Source: Octopus vulgaris | Taxonomy: Eukaryota | Direction: 5' to 3' | DNA: 64,000 bases | NCBI GenBank assembly: GCA_951406725.2 | Contig: OX597815.1 | Location: 180,358,001-180,422,000, forward strand | In this document: in pieces, positions 1 through 13,080 of the stretch | Numbering within the stretch: position 1 is the stretch's first letter | Layout of the letters: the number at the start of each line of letters is the position of its first letter | Program-made: the position numbers and the translations under genes | The notes under the pieces: model-generated | What the model saw: the letters and a program-made list of their open reading frames with translations, nothing else | What the model was told of the DNA's origin: nothing | Databases searched by the model: none

Positions 1-1169
1 CTGCAGCCATGCTTGAGAATGGCCTTGAAGAATTTTTAGTCAAATCAATCAACCCCAGTTCATTTTTAAAGCCTAGTACTTATTCTGTCAGACTCTTTTG
101 CCAAACTGCTAAGTTATAGGCACATAAGCATGCCAGTACTGATTATCAAGTGGTGATGGAAACACACACACATACATGTATACATGATAACCTTTCACTT
201 TCTGTCTACCAAATTCACTCACAAAGTTTTGGTTAGCCCAAGATTATAGTAGAAGACACTTCCACACAGTGGGACTGAGCTGAGAACCATATGGTTGGGA
301 AGCAAGCTTCTTACCACACAGCCATGCTTGTGTAGTAAATAATGGGGAATTAATGCAACTGTGGATGGAAAAAAATCCATCCAATATAGAAGTGACATGA
401 AAACAAATATTTAAACGATATAGGAGGCCACAAAGTTCACTCTCTACTTGACCAAAAAGGTACCAGGAAGGTATTCTTGATTATTCTTGAAAGGTTCAAG
501 AATAATCTAAACTAATAGGCACAGGTTGCTTTCCAACTACATGGTTACAGGTTCAGTCCCACTGTGTGGCACCTTGGGCAGGTGTCTTCTAATATAGCCT
601 CAGGCCAACCAAAATCTTCTGAGTGGATTCGGGAGACAGAAACTGAGAGAAGCTTGATGTATATATATGTGTGTGTGTGTGTAGATGTGGCCATGTGGTG
701 AGAAGTTTGCTTTCCAACCACCCAGTTCTGGGTTCAGTCCCACTGTGTGGTAATTTGGGCAAGTAGCTTCTAATATAGCCTCAGGCCAACCAAAGCCTTG
801 TGAATGGATTTGGTAGACGGAAACTGAAAGAAGCCTGTCGTATATATATATATATATATATATAAATAAAATTTTATACTTGGTGTTAAATGGATGTACT
901 ATTAAATTAGTATCCAATTTTCTCCCCCTTATCAGTTAATTATATATATATATATATATGCGTGTGTGTGTCTTTGTTTGTGCTTCACCACTACTGGACA
1001 ACTGGTGTTAATTTTATTTGCATCCCCGTAACTTAGTCATTCAGCAAAAATAAGTACCAGGCTTTAAAATAAAAATACTGGGGTCAATTCAATTAATTAG
1101 AAGCCCTTCAAGATGGTGTCCAAGCATGGCCATAGTCTAATGACTGAAACAAGTAAAAGATAGAAGATC

Positions 1170-2310
1170 ATAGAATTGAAAGAGAAAAGCTAGTTCCAAT
1201 CTCCTTAGATGGCTCAACAAAGTTTGTACAAATAAACAGCTGAGTCACAAAATATACAACACGAGTTCTGTTTTTAAAGGCTGAGAAAATCACTTGGTGA
1301 CCTTGGTACAAATGACTTTTCAGTTACTGCCAAAGAAATGATCAATGTATCAGATTCCATTATGTAATCATTAGATCAACAAATGTTTGGTGACCAATAA
1401 GAAATTTCAGTATTTGTATTATTTACCAGACATAAATCTTCAACAATATTTGCAGTTACCGTAGGGTCTGCTCACAAAACTGCAACAACCGAAGTGTCTG
1501 CTTTGACAGAGCAAGCAATGTGTTTTGTAAAAGAATTTTGATTTGCCAAATGTTTTGAACAACTTCAGCTGAAGATGCTGTCGAGTACAATCGTTAGTGA
1601 AGAAAAACTACAAAATTTATAATGCAGTGTAAGACATTATCTGAAGAGAGGGAGAGAGAGTATTTCATCTCAGAACCTACATGACTGTGGAAGTCTTCTA
1701 GAAGAACTGAATTGAGAATTGAGGAAGGGACATTTCCATTGCCAGTTCAAGACCATTGCAGACATATGTATTTTCAGGCCACAGATAAAATAATCGCTTC
1801 TCCTGACAAATGATTTTGTTAAGCAGATTCCAAGGTATCTTTAAGGGCTGGAGACATTACTTCTAAAGGTAAGTGACAAAGAGTATTCTTCATCAGAAAT
1901 CAGTTTCATTAAGGATAGTTGCTTTGGTTACATTGTTTCCTAACTTAATTTCTGGTATTTCAAATTTCAATGAGAAAGATTTGTTTGTTATTTAGTAACA
2001 TTGTAGATCACCTGGATGATGATGATGATGATAATGAGACCACCTGAATGATAAAAAAATCAACCTAGGGTGAGCATTTAATATGAGATACTTCTAAAAT
2101 TTACCAGCTTTTAGTGTTAATTCCTGCAAAACTTGCTACAGCTGAAAGAACATTTTCTCAAGCAAAACTTTTGTAGAATGGCATATGAGAGATTAAATTC
2201 TTTGGCTATGCTTTCATTTCATTAAAAACAAGCAAACAAAGTAAATATCCTTACAGAAGCTGCAAAATTTGTTTCTCAAAATGAGAACCGACAAAAGAAT
2301 TTTGCTTGTG
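1170..2310 (+). mobile_element. Decayed hAT transposase fragment (ZMYM1/Zaphod-like C-terminal half)
   Basis: Manual translation gives QDHCRHMYFQATDKIIAS (~1745-1800). It also gives the hAT dimerisation motif LIPAKLATAERTFSQAKL...ERLNSLAMLSFH...VNILTEAAKFVSQNENRQKNF (~2110-2305). Multiple stops and frameshifts are present. Confidence 0.8.
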
Positions 2311-2889
2311 TCTGATTGGTTTGATGGTAAATTGAGTTGAATCATAAACTTTTGTCATCATCATCATCATCGTTTTAACGTCCGCTTTCCATGCTAGCAT
2401 GGGTTGGACTATTTTGACTGAGGGCTGGCGACCCAGATGGCTGCACCAGGCCCCAATCTTGATCTGGCAGAGTTTCTACTGCTGGATGCTCTTCCTAATG
2501 CCAACCACTCCGAGAGTGTAGTGGGTGCTTTTTATGTGCCACCGGCACGGGGGCCAGTCAAGTGGTACTGGCAATGGCCTTGCTCGAATCTTTTACACAT
2601 GCCACCGGCACAGGTGCCAGTAAGGCGACGTTGGTAACGATCACGCTCAAATGGTGCCCTTTTACGTGCCACTGGCACGGAAGTCAGTTGGCTGCTCGGA
2701 TGGTGCTCTTGGCACCCTACTAGCACAGGCACAAGTGCCAGTAAGGCAACACTGGTAACGTTCACACTCAAATAGTGCCCTTTTTATGTGCCACTGGCAC
2801 AGAAGCCGGTTAGCCGCTCTGTCAACGATCACACTCGTATGGTGCTCTTTGCACCCCACTAGCATGGATGCCAGTCATCGAATTTTGTA

Positions 2890-5660
2890 ACTCATGTATA
2901 TCCGTAGGACAATGAAGCAAGACTCGTCTACACAAGGCATTGAATATACTGGATTATGCAATACAACGACCCAGAAAACAGAAAATAAAAGAATGGCAAA
3001 TATGGAAATAATCAAGGAAACACTTGAAAACAACAAAAATCTTAAAACAAAACTAAGCAAAAGATGTCTATGGGACATAACTCAATAATTAGCCTAAATG
3101 ACAAAGATTGGAAACAACTTACAGAAGATGTACAAATATTAGAAAGAATCAAAGACTTCTACGGAAACCTCATTTAATCTAACAAAGAAGTTTCTTTAAC
3201 AGTAAAGGTCCCTGACATCTTGGAAGCAGAAATTAGAAGTGTTATAAAGGAAATGAGAAACAATAAAACTGCAGGTCCAGATGGGATTGAAATAGACATT
3301 ATTAAAGTGCTTGGACCAAGCACAGAGAAGAAACCAGCTAAACTCAATGCAAAATGCCTACACGAACTCAGGATACTGGTTATGTGGAAAGGTTCCCAAC
3401 TGATCCTTCTTTAGGAAAAAGGGATGCCAAAATTTTAAAGAACTTCAGACCAATCAGTCTACTATCATACATCATCTAAAAATTGATTTGAGAGAAAGCT
3501 GGATGAGAACACAAGAACAGAACAGGGAGGCTTCAGGAGAAACTACAGATGCTGTAAACCAAGTGAAGGGAAAATACCAGACTTACAACATACCATTATG
3601 CTTAATATTTGAAGAGTTTGAAAAAGCTTTTGATTCCATGGAAATCGATAATATACTAAGAGCACTAGAGGAAAAAGAAATCAAAGGAGACGGCGTGGAG
3701 TTTACAGAGAATTAGTAGACCAACTGTAGAACTAAAGCAACTATAAACAACAAAATGATTGATATCAAAATTGGGAAATGAGTTAGACAAAGAGACAACC
3801 ATATCACCCAAACTATTCACATCTGTTTTAGAAAAGGATTTTAAGAACTTGTATTGGTCAGATAAAGGAATAAATATAAATGGATGTATACTAAATCATC
3901 TCAGATTTTCTGATGATATTGTACTCAGTTCCAGCAGCATTAAAGGGTCGACAGAAATGCTCAGAGAATTAAAAGAAGAAAGCGAAAAATGTGGACTCGG
4001 AACTAATATTAGTAAAATGAGTCTAGTGAATTCATTGTTATGGTTGATGCCAGTACTGCTTGACTGGCTTCCGTGCTAGTGGCACATTAAAAGCACCATT
4101 CGAGTGTAGGTCGTTGCCAGTGCCTGAATGGCTCCTGTGCCGGTGGCATGTTAAAAATACCTGTCGAATGAAGGTTGTTGCCAGTGCCACCTGACTAGCT
4201 CCCGTGCCTGTGGCATGTTAAAAGCACGATTCGAGTGTAGGGCGTTGCCAGTGCCGCCTGAATGGCTCCTGTGTCGGTGGCATGTTAAAAGCACCATTTG
4301 AGTGTAGGGCGTTGCCAGTGCCGCCTGAATGGCTCCTGTGTCGGTGGCATGTTAAAAGCCCCATTTGAGCATAGGTCGTTGCCAGTGCTGCCTGACTGGC
4401 TCCTGTGCAGGTGGCATGTTAAAAGCACCAGTTGAGTGTAGGTCAATGCCAGTACCGCCTGACTGGCCTTCATGCTGGCGGCACATAAAAAAGCACCCAC
4501 TACACTCTTGGAGTGGTTGGCATTAGGAAGGGCATCCAGCAGTAGAAATCTTGCAAGTCCTCAATCAAACCGTCAAACCCATGCCAGCATGGAAAACAGA
4601 CATTAAACGACGAGGATGATGATGAAGATAATCTCCAACTGTCTAATCACAGCTGGAAATGTAGTAATGGATGTTGAAATAGTTGAACATGTCAACCAAT
4701 ACACTCATTTCAGACAAATTATCTGCTTAACTCTTTCGTTACTGTATTTATTTTGAGATGCTCTGTGTTTCTTTCAATTACTATATTTGGGCAGATGTAT
4801 TTTAGAACCAGTTGGAAGGGTGTAGATTGAAGGAGATTTAGGCTATTATTTCTAACATATAAAGCGACCACATTGATGTCTCCTTCTCGCATGTCTTCTG
4901 CTGATTATTTTTCTTCTTAACCCTTTTGTTACCATATTTCTGTTGAGATGCTTTGTGTTTCTTTCAACTAATTTTAAATATAACAAAGAATTTAATAAAA
5001 TAACTTAGTTATCATTCAGCTAGTGTTAAGAACATAAATTGTGACTACGGTTTGGTGGAAGATTTTAATTCAAAACTTATGGAAACAAGACATTTGTACT
5101 CAGAGCCAGAGCTGGATTCAGCTGGGTTGGTAATGAAAGGGTTAAAAGGATAAAAATCAGACCAAAGGAATTGAATGACGAATGCAGTTAGGATGAGCAT
5201 CCTTTGGTAAACTGATTCACATCATGAGTGGTGTGCCTAAAAGGAAAGGTCTTCAACCAGTGTTAGCTGAGCAGTATTATGTATGCATGAGAAACATGGA
5301 CTACCATCAAGGGCATTGAAAATATATTAAGATTAAAACAAAGAGTCATGGAAAGGAGAGTGCTAAAGATGAAGAAAATGGATAAGAATGGTAATAAGTT
5401 TAACGGATATTATCCAGAAAATAAAAATGCTGAAGTGGTCTTTCACAAGACATGTTTAGAAGACAGGATAATGGATGGAATAGCAAACTGATGGAGTGGA
5501 CACCATGTACAGAGGAAAGAAGGAAGGTAAGATTGTGGAGGACTTGGAATGAAGACTTTGTTCAATTCCTCAGCACCCAAACATGGATAAAGAAAATATT
5601 AGGCCATGGTTGGTGGAGGGAACACACTGAGGCCTTCGTCCAGCAGGAGACTGAACACGT
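2890..5660 (+). mobile_element. Decayed RTE-clade LINE ORF2 (RT to C-terminus), interrupted by an RTE-tail repeat and a piggyBac-type MITE
   Basis: Motifs MRNNKTAGPDGI, NFRPISLL, FEEFEKAFDS, ISPKLF, HLRFSDDIV and WREHTEAFVQQ occur in order across broken frames. Insertions lie at ~4045-4625 and ~4725-5145. Confidence 0.88.
4921..5141. mobile_element. piggyBac-type MITE
   Basis: TTAA at 4917-4920 and 5142-5145 flanks the TIR-like ends CCCTTTTGTTACC...GGTAATGAAAGGG. A partial copy lies at ~4725-4790. Confidence 0.75.
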
Positions 5661-5754
5661 GCAAGAATGGTGTATGTATGTACACTATGCAACACCTCAG
5701 GCTTTTAATAATAATAATAATATTAATGCTGATTATGATGATGATAACAATAAT

Positions 5755-6120
5755 AACGAGCACTCAGAGAGCAAAAACCTCCATCAAGGTAATGCCAATG
5801 TCCTCTTAATGATTAGCCAGAGATGATTTTTAAAATGAGAATATCTAAAATAAACTCGACTGCTCTCACAAACGAGAATACTAAAAATGAACCCGACTGT
5901 TCTCAAAAATTAAGTTAAAAAAACAGAAAAATAATCCAGAATCCTTGCCCGGTGCTGGATTGATCCCTCGAATCTAATCAGTTCATGCCTGTCACAAGGC
6001 CAAACATCCCTGAAAGTTTCATCCGAATCCATCCAGTTCTTGAGATATCTTGTCCATGGTCAAACAAACAAACACAACTGAAAATAATACCTCCACCTTC
6101 GCTAAGGCGGAGGCAATAAT
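5755..6120 (+). mobile_element. Non-autonomous Helentron/DINE-1-like element
   Basis: Starts AACGAGCACTCAGAGAGC...CCTCCATCAAGG and ends with the hairpin CCTCCACCTT-cgct-AAGGCGGAGG (6090-6113), within AAT repeats. A second copy lies at 44513-44859 on the opposite strand. Confidence 0.6.
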
Positions 6121-7959
6121 ATTTATAATAATAACTGTTTTTCACTCTTAGAATGTCATTGGAAATAATTGATACTTTACTTAATGTTAGAAATTTTAGT
6201 CAAACTTTCAAATGTCTCCGTGGTTTAGAGCAACTGATAAACCACCCCCTTTTTTCATGCCTCTTGGATTCATCTCTTGATATCAGTTTACTTTTTAAGG
6301 TAGAATTTGTTTCAGGTATTTATATTGAGTTTGCATTCCATTGACTTTTTCAATTTGCATTCCATCTTTGCTTTTCATCCTTTCAAAATCGATAAAACAA
6401 AGTATCAGTCAAGTGCTGGGGTTCATAAAATCAATTATATCCTTACTCCACCACACCCATCTGAAACTTCGTGCCTACATTGGAAGTCAAAATTAATTTA
6501 CATTTCAACAGTCAACTTTAAAGCTATGGACATCAGCAAATGTCTTGACCATCTTTGCTCTATACTAACAAATTTTTATTAGCCTATTCCACAAAAATAG
6601 TTCCATGCTGCCTGTTAGTGAGAGAGAGAGAGAGCGTGCAAGTATGTGAGTCAATATCTGGATTTCCATACATAAAGAATGGACACATTTAGAACCATAT
6701 GTTTTCATAAACTTCATCTATTGATTGCTTTTAATGAAACACTGGGATTAACATTAAAGAATGGAGAGGAAGTGATACAGTCGGGCGAATTAATTCCAGT
6801 TCATTATTAGTATTTAGTTTATCAACTTTAAATAGATGAAACGGAATATCAAAACCGAAAAGACATAATTGAATATTGTAATGCATTTAATGAGCATTCT
6901 CTTGTTTCTGCCGAGTCATTGCCCTTCTTAATTTCTTATGATTCATTCAGAATTTTAAGTGGTGAGAGGCAACAAAATAGAAAGAGACGGACATTGAAAT
7001 TGAGAAAGATAAGAATATATTATAAGGAAATTAGAATTGAAGAGTGAATTGGTCAATGTACGCTTCATGTGTGAAGTCATTCTTTTAACTGAACACTTTT
7101 GACAAGTCACAAACCCAGAAGGTTTAGAGAAACCAGATGTTCTGTGCCGGTGATACATAAAAAGCACCGTCCGAACGTGGCAGATGCCAGCACCGCCTGA
7201 CTGGCGTCCATGTCAGTGACATGCAAAAGCATCAACCGATCGTGGATGTTTGCCAGCCTCCTCTGGCCCCTGTGCTGGTGGCACGTAAAAAACACCCACT
7301 ACACTCTCAGAGTGGTTGGTGTTAGGAAGGGCATCCAGCTGTAGAAACACTGCCAAACCAGACTGGAGCCTGGTGCAGCCTCTATGGCTTACCAGACCCT
7401 GGTTGAACCGTCCAACCCATGCTAGCATGGAAAACGAACGTTAAATGATGATGATTAAAAGACTAAGAGGTATTAAATAGCTTTAAATGAGAATGGAAAC
7501 TGAATCCTAGCTCCATCTCAACTCAGAAGTTGCTTATTTCTTGGTTTCCATGGCCTCGTCATTCAACTTAGCCCAGGATTCAATTCCATTGCACGGTACC
7601 TCGGACAATTAGTACTTGTCATACTACCGAGTCTGATCTCACAACCTTGAATCTCTTGGAGATGACAAGGGACCAGGATGACTGACAATATACATTTCTT
7701 GAGAAGACCCACCCAACTCTGGGAACTAAATTTTGGAAGCAGCAAGTGTATGGGGTCATGAGGAGAGAATGCGTGCCGTTTCGGGGCCTACCTCTCGATG
7801 GCATCAATGCACACCAGCATCAATGCGCACTGATATGAGGCCCCGCTTGCTAGATCAGCTGGTTATCAAATAAAGTTTTAAGTTTTGTGGCTATTTTTTT
7901 GGCTGCAATGATTACATTGTTTAAAGCAAAATACTTTAGTTTTTTTTTTTTTTTTTGTT

Positions 7960-8330
7960 TTTGCATGTGTTGGAGATTGTGTTAGGAAGAAAGCAGTTAT
8001 AAGAGATTTTACTTATCTGGTAGCAGTTTCTTGTCCTGTCCGGTTTTACAAATATACTCAGGCTTGTTTTTAAGTGATTGATTTCTGTTTCATTTCTATT
8101 TGCAGTTTGTTGGTTTGATTGTTGAATGTTATTTGCCTGATTGTTGCGAATAGGTCATCTTCGAAGGGTTATAGCAGTGAGTTGGAAGGTGGACATTTGA
8201 CTGTCTTGAATCCATATTTGTTGGAGGATTTTTTCCTTTCCATCTTTTTCATAATGATCAATTTTTGTTTTTTGTAGTAGAGTTTTTGGGTGGTAGGTAT
8301 TGGTGTTTTTCAATTGGTTGTTGCCACATT
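7960..8330 (-). mobile_element. Penelope-like element ORF N-terminal remnant
   Basis: Minus-strand translation NKYGFKTVKCPP...PFEDDLFATIRQITF...IFVKPDRTRNCYQISKISY resembles the PLE pre-RT region (YGFK, FEDDL and ADKT-N-Y motifs). It is frameshifted. Confidence 0.6.
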
Positions 8331-8499
8331 TTTCCTCTTTTTCAGCTAACGTTACAAAAGCACTCACATGGGAGCAGAGCTGTTAATGCTTGGTTTTATG
8401 TCTAGTTAACCCAACAGAAAAGAAACAAGATTAATTCTTATATATCATAGTCCAATGTTGGCTTTAGCTGAAACTTCAATGTCACTAACGACAAGGCAC

Positions 8500-8855
8500 A
8501 GGAGTGGCTGTGTGGTAAGTAGCTTGCTTACCAACCACATGGCTACAGGTTCAATCCCACTTCGTGGCACTTGGGCAAGTGTCTTCTACTATATCCTCAG
8601 GCCGACCAAAGCCTTGTGAGTGGATTTGGTAGACGGAAACTGAAAGAAGCCTGTCATATGTGTGTGTGTGTTTGTATGTCTGTGATTGTCTCCCCAACAT
8701 CGCTTGATAACCGATATTGGTGTGTTTACGTCCCGTAAGCTAGCAGTTTGGCAAAAGAGACTGATAGAATAAGTACTTAGTTTGGGGTCGATTTGCTTGA
8801 CTAAAGGCGGTGCTCCAGCATGGCTGCAGTCAAATGGCTGAAACAAAGAAAAGAA
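8500..8855 (+). mobile_element. SINE family A (tRNA-like head, internal TA/TG microsatellite), representative copy
   Basis: Head GGCTGTGTGGTAAGTAGCTTGC...GGTTCAATCCC with A/B-box-like motifs, followed by a conserved 3' half ending GAAACAA. Other full or partial copies lie at ~1-325(-), 520-660, 688-1165, 26808-27226, 31500-31875(-), 32155-32558(-), 33018-33165, 34150-34350, 38622-39006, 39100-39320, 41240-41825, 48590-48745(-), 54090-54462(-), 59525-59850 and 63060-63300. Confidence 0.85.
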
Positions 8856-9479
8856 TATAGAGGGTAGGAAGCCAAGGAATATGACGAGTGAGAAACAGTG
8901 TTTGCTTTACATATATGAGGGCCAAGTTTGTAAGTAAGCCCTAAACTTTTGAGAGAGAGAAGAGAGAGAAAAACTATTAATGGGGATAGAAATATATCAG
9001 AAATAGCATAAAGGGGAAATTAAATATAGAACATAAAGTAATGAATATATACACACACACTTATGATGGCTTTCACAGAGTTGCTATCTATCCAATTTCT
9101 TTCTCAGAACTTTAGCTTATATGATTCAGAGTGGTTGGCATTAGAAAGGGCATCCAGCTGTAGAAACTCTGCCAGATTAAGATTGGAGCCTGGTGCAGCC
9201 ATCTGGTTTGCCAGCCCTCAGTCAAAATCGTCCAACCCATGCTAGCATGGAAAGCGGATGTTAAACGATGATGATGATTCTGTAGTGATGGAAGATTTGG
9301 CCTGATGTAATCAATCTTGAAATCATGGAGTCGAAGTAACATTTCTTAACCACATGATAATATGCAGTAATATTTCCATACAGCTGTATGCATAAATAAA
9401 TACATGCAAATATGCACATTACACCATGTAATATGTATCTTTCCTGTGCATTAGGAAATGCAGTGTAACCGTTAAGTGC

Positions 9480-9630
9480 AAACTCTGTACAGCTGTAAGC
9501 CAACAAATCAGATGGGTTGGCCATGTAACATGTTTAAAGAAATCGTCATTAACCAAATAAATTCTCTACAGGGAAATATCAGGTTGATAAATAAGGCATT
9601 GCTATTCTTCGACAGCAAACTTACAGAATA
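9480..9630 (+). mobile_element. Short RTE LINE fragment
   Basis: Translation QQIRWVGHVTCL...ILYREI resembles the RTE post-RT motif QLRWxGHVxRM...LLYGEL. Confidence 0.5.
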
Positions 9631-10517
9631 GGAGAATAAATAGAAAATGTTAGAATTCTTTATTATTAAACTAGAATTCCTGGAGACGACTATATTTCAC
9701 TAGGAATAAAATTTTCTCTGGGAATTGGATATAATTATCCCCAGGAATTGGAAATAATTGTCCCTAGAATTGGATATGAAATGAATAAATGCAGTGTTGA
9801 GGCATTCTTCTGAATCAGTGAAAAACAGCGCAGGCATGATCGTCATACAAATTTCTTGTAAGGTGGGAAAGTAGGAGAAAACAAGTTCACCGACAGAGAG
9901 AGAGAGGAACAGGATGAAAAGAAAGAGAATGAAGCTGAGAAAGAGGGAGGAGAGAGAGAGAAAAGAAAAAAAATGATGTGAAGACAATACATTTACACTT
10001 GGTGCCTTAAGAACCAGCTCATAATTGACATCAACATATGCAAAGGAATGTCAGTGACCTGGTTGCAAATGTGAGGCAAAAGACATTGATACATTGTGCT
10101 ATGTGTATTTTAATAATGTCTCTCCTGATTCTAAGGTAACGAATGCCGAATGCTGTTGGTTCAACTCCAGGTTGTGATCTCAGATAAAATTGTTTGTGAA
10201 ACCAGTTCGACTGAAGAAATAGATGTGTGTGTGTGTGCGTGCGAGCATGTATGTGTATAATATATGTGTTATCATCATTTTGTGTCCATTGTCCATGCTG
10301 GCATGGATTGTATGATTTGACCAGGGCTGGTAAACTGGAAGGCTGCTCCAGACTCCAGTCTGATTTGGCATGGTTTCTACAGCTGCATCCCTTTCCTAAT
10401 GCCAACCACTCCCAGAGTTGGGTACTTTTATGTGCCACCAGCATGGATGCCAGTTCACATGCCCCAGTATCTTTCACAACTATGATTTCACTTGGCTTGA
10501 TGGGTCTTCTTCTCAAG

Positions 10518-13080
10518 TAGTGCCGGTCAATTTGCCGTCATTTAATTTGTCCCCCAGTCAATTCATCATTGGTCAATTTGTTGTCAGTCAATTCGCTGCG
10601 ATCACAGGAAAATGGAAGAACGAATATCCAAATAAAAACCATTTATTTTCATGTTTGCTGTATTACATATTCATTTTTTAAATTAAAATTTAAGATGGTG
10701 TGCAATTGCTTTTAGTAAAATAATTTTTGTCTTGGATCATATTTTTCCATGACATTTTTTATATGCAGATTCATGTCTCTATATTTCTTCTGGCTTGGTT
10801 CTTCTTGCTTAAACTTCTGCAATTTGATACTGGCAAACCTTTCCGCACATTTAATCACATCAATAAGTTTCCAAATATTTGGATGACTATTATTTGCTGT
10901 GTTTTTTAGCATGCTGTGATAGGTTTCTAAACTATTTGTGGTACAAGCAATTCCTATTATTCATCGATCCCAAACATTCCATATAGGTAATAGAAATGGA
11001 GGTTCAAGGCATCGCCTCCTCTGTCCACTTCCTCTGGGTGGTCATCATCATCATTGTTTAACGTCCGCTTTCCATGCTGGCATGGGTTGGACGGTTTGAC
11101 TGAAGACTGGCAAGCTGGGAGGCTGCACCAGGCTCCAATGTGGTCTGGCAAATTTTCTACAGCTGGATACCCTTCCTAATGCCAACCATTCCGAGAGTGT
11201 AGTGAGTGCTTTATAAATTCCACTGGCACGAGGGCCACTCAGGCGGTTTTGGCAATGACCACGCTCAAGTGGTGTTTTTTACGTGCCATCTGCACGGGAG
11301 GGGGGAAATATCTTCATCATCTACAAGTTGTTCATATCCATCTACATCATCATCAACCAGCAAGAAGGCAAGGGAAACAAAACACTACATTTTTAGACTG
11401 AAACTGTCATTTTTGTGATATCTGCATTTTAGTCCTTCTTGCACAACATGCTTGTGCACATTTTGTCCTAAATGAAACAAGCAGTTTGCCAAATTCGACC
11501 CAGGAAACATCATCATCATCATTACTTAACATCTGCTTTCCATGCTAGCATGGGTTGGACGATTGACTGAGGGCTGGTGAACCTGATGGCTGCACCAGGC
11601 TTCTACGTGTCACCAGCATGGGGCCAGTCAGGCGGCCCTGGCAATGACCTCACTCAAATCTTTTACACATGCCACTGGCACAGGTGCCAGTAAGGCGATG
11701 CTGGTAATGATCATGCTCGAATGGTGTCTTTTATGTGCCACTGGCACAGGTGCCAGTAAGGTGATCCTGGTAACGATCAAGCTCGAATGGTGTCTTTTAT
11801 GTGCCACCGGCACAGGTGCCAGTAAGGTGATGCTGGTAACGATCAAGCTCGAATGGTGTCTTTTATGTGCCACCGGCACAGGTGCCAGTAAGGTGATGCT
11901 GGTAACGATCAAGCTCGAATGGTGTCTTTTACATTCCACCGGCACGGAGGCCAGATAGCCGCTCTGACAGTGATCATGCTCGGATGGTGCTCTTAATACC
12001 CTACTTGCACGGGGCTCCCATTACGGGCCGCTTTTTCGAAATCCATAATTATATTATCAGGTCCCTCATTCTACAGTAATTCATTAATTTTGACAAAAAG
12101 TCTACTATATTTGTCTTGACTTTTGTCAGAGAGCAATGCGAATAATCATGGGCATTAAAATTATCTTTTTGAATGTGAAGTATATATAACTGAAAAAATA
12201 TACTAGAGCAGCACTCAAATGTTCCATCTGCCACCCTGTTCTTGTGTTGTTTTAACTGTCGAAGTACTTCATCACTTGCAAATATTGGTATTCATTTTGA
12301 ATCTTCCACCCTGCTGTCATACTGTAAAAACGTTTCATCATCGTCAAGGTAGGAGTATTCACTTGGAATGGAAAACCCAACATTTATAAGTGGGGTGGCA
12401 TGACAGTTGGAATCAGCTTGCTTCCAACTTCTTAATATTCCTATTAAGCTGTGCAAACAGAGGCATTTGCGACAATGTACAGTCGTTTAAATTCTGAACT
12501 GTGTTAGCAATAACTGAGCGAGGGGCATCACAAGATGAACTAAACCTTTCTTTAATATTTGAAACTATTATTCTTGCATTTACCTCTGCAGCTGATGGAG
12601 TGTGTTTATGGATCCCAATCTTCTTAAGCTCTTTATAATATTCATCTGTATGAAATCTCGCTTTGCACACATGATTTTCGCACCTCCAGTATATCTTCAA
12701 CCCATCTGCATTCTGCTTATTTTTTGTGTATATATAATTTTCTTGATCGACCACTTTGATTTTTCCTTTCTCTGAAGTTATGATTTTGCAGGTAGTCATG
12801 TTGATGGGTTGGCATATTGAATAAATTTAATTTGATTTACTTGAAAATCTGTGTTCATAAACTGTTCAGCACAGATACTTGAGAGAGAGAGGTGGGGTTA
12901 AAGAAAGGAGAAAAAAATATCTAAAACTGTCCAACCACAATTTTAATTCTGAAGTGATTGTTCTAAACTTTCCCTCGAAAATCACATTTAAGAGTATTTT
13001 GGGACAAATTGGTCAGCGATGAATTGACCGGGGACAAATTAACTGATGATGAAATAACTGGGGTCGAATTGTCCTAACAG
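10518..13080 (-). mobile_element. Full-span decayed Mutator-like (MULE) transposon with FLYWCH zinc finger
   Basis: ORF 12413-12799 contains FLYWCH (YIY...YWRC-x4-CKAR...H-x-H). Downstream are ADGTFE...FFQLYILH (12234 onward), CLFHLGQNV (~11460-11490) and TTNSLETYH..HPNIWKLI (~10860-10945). Both ends are made of short GTCAATT subrepeats in inverted orientation. The 9-bp TSD CTTCTCAAG lies at 10509-10517 and 13081-13089. Confidence 0.9.

Noticed and set aside
9261-9524. 87-aa minus-strand ORF with a hydrophobic stretch
   Set aside because: No recognisable homology. It overlaps a family B tail and an RTE fragment on the other strand.
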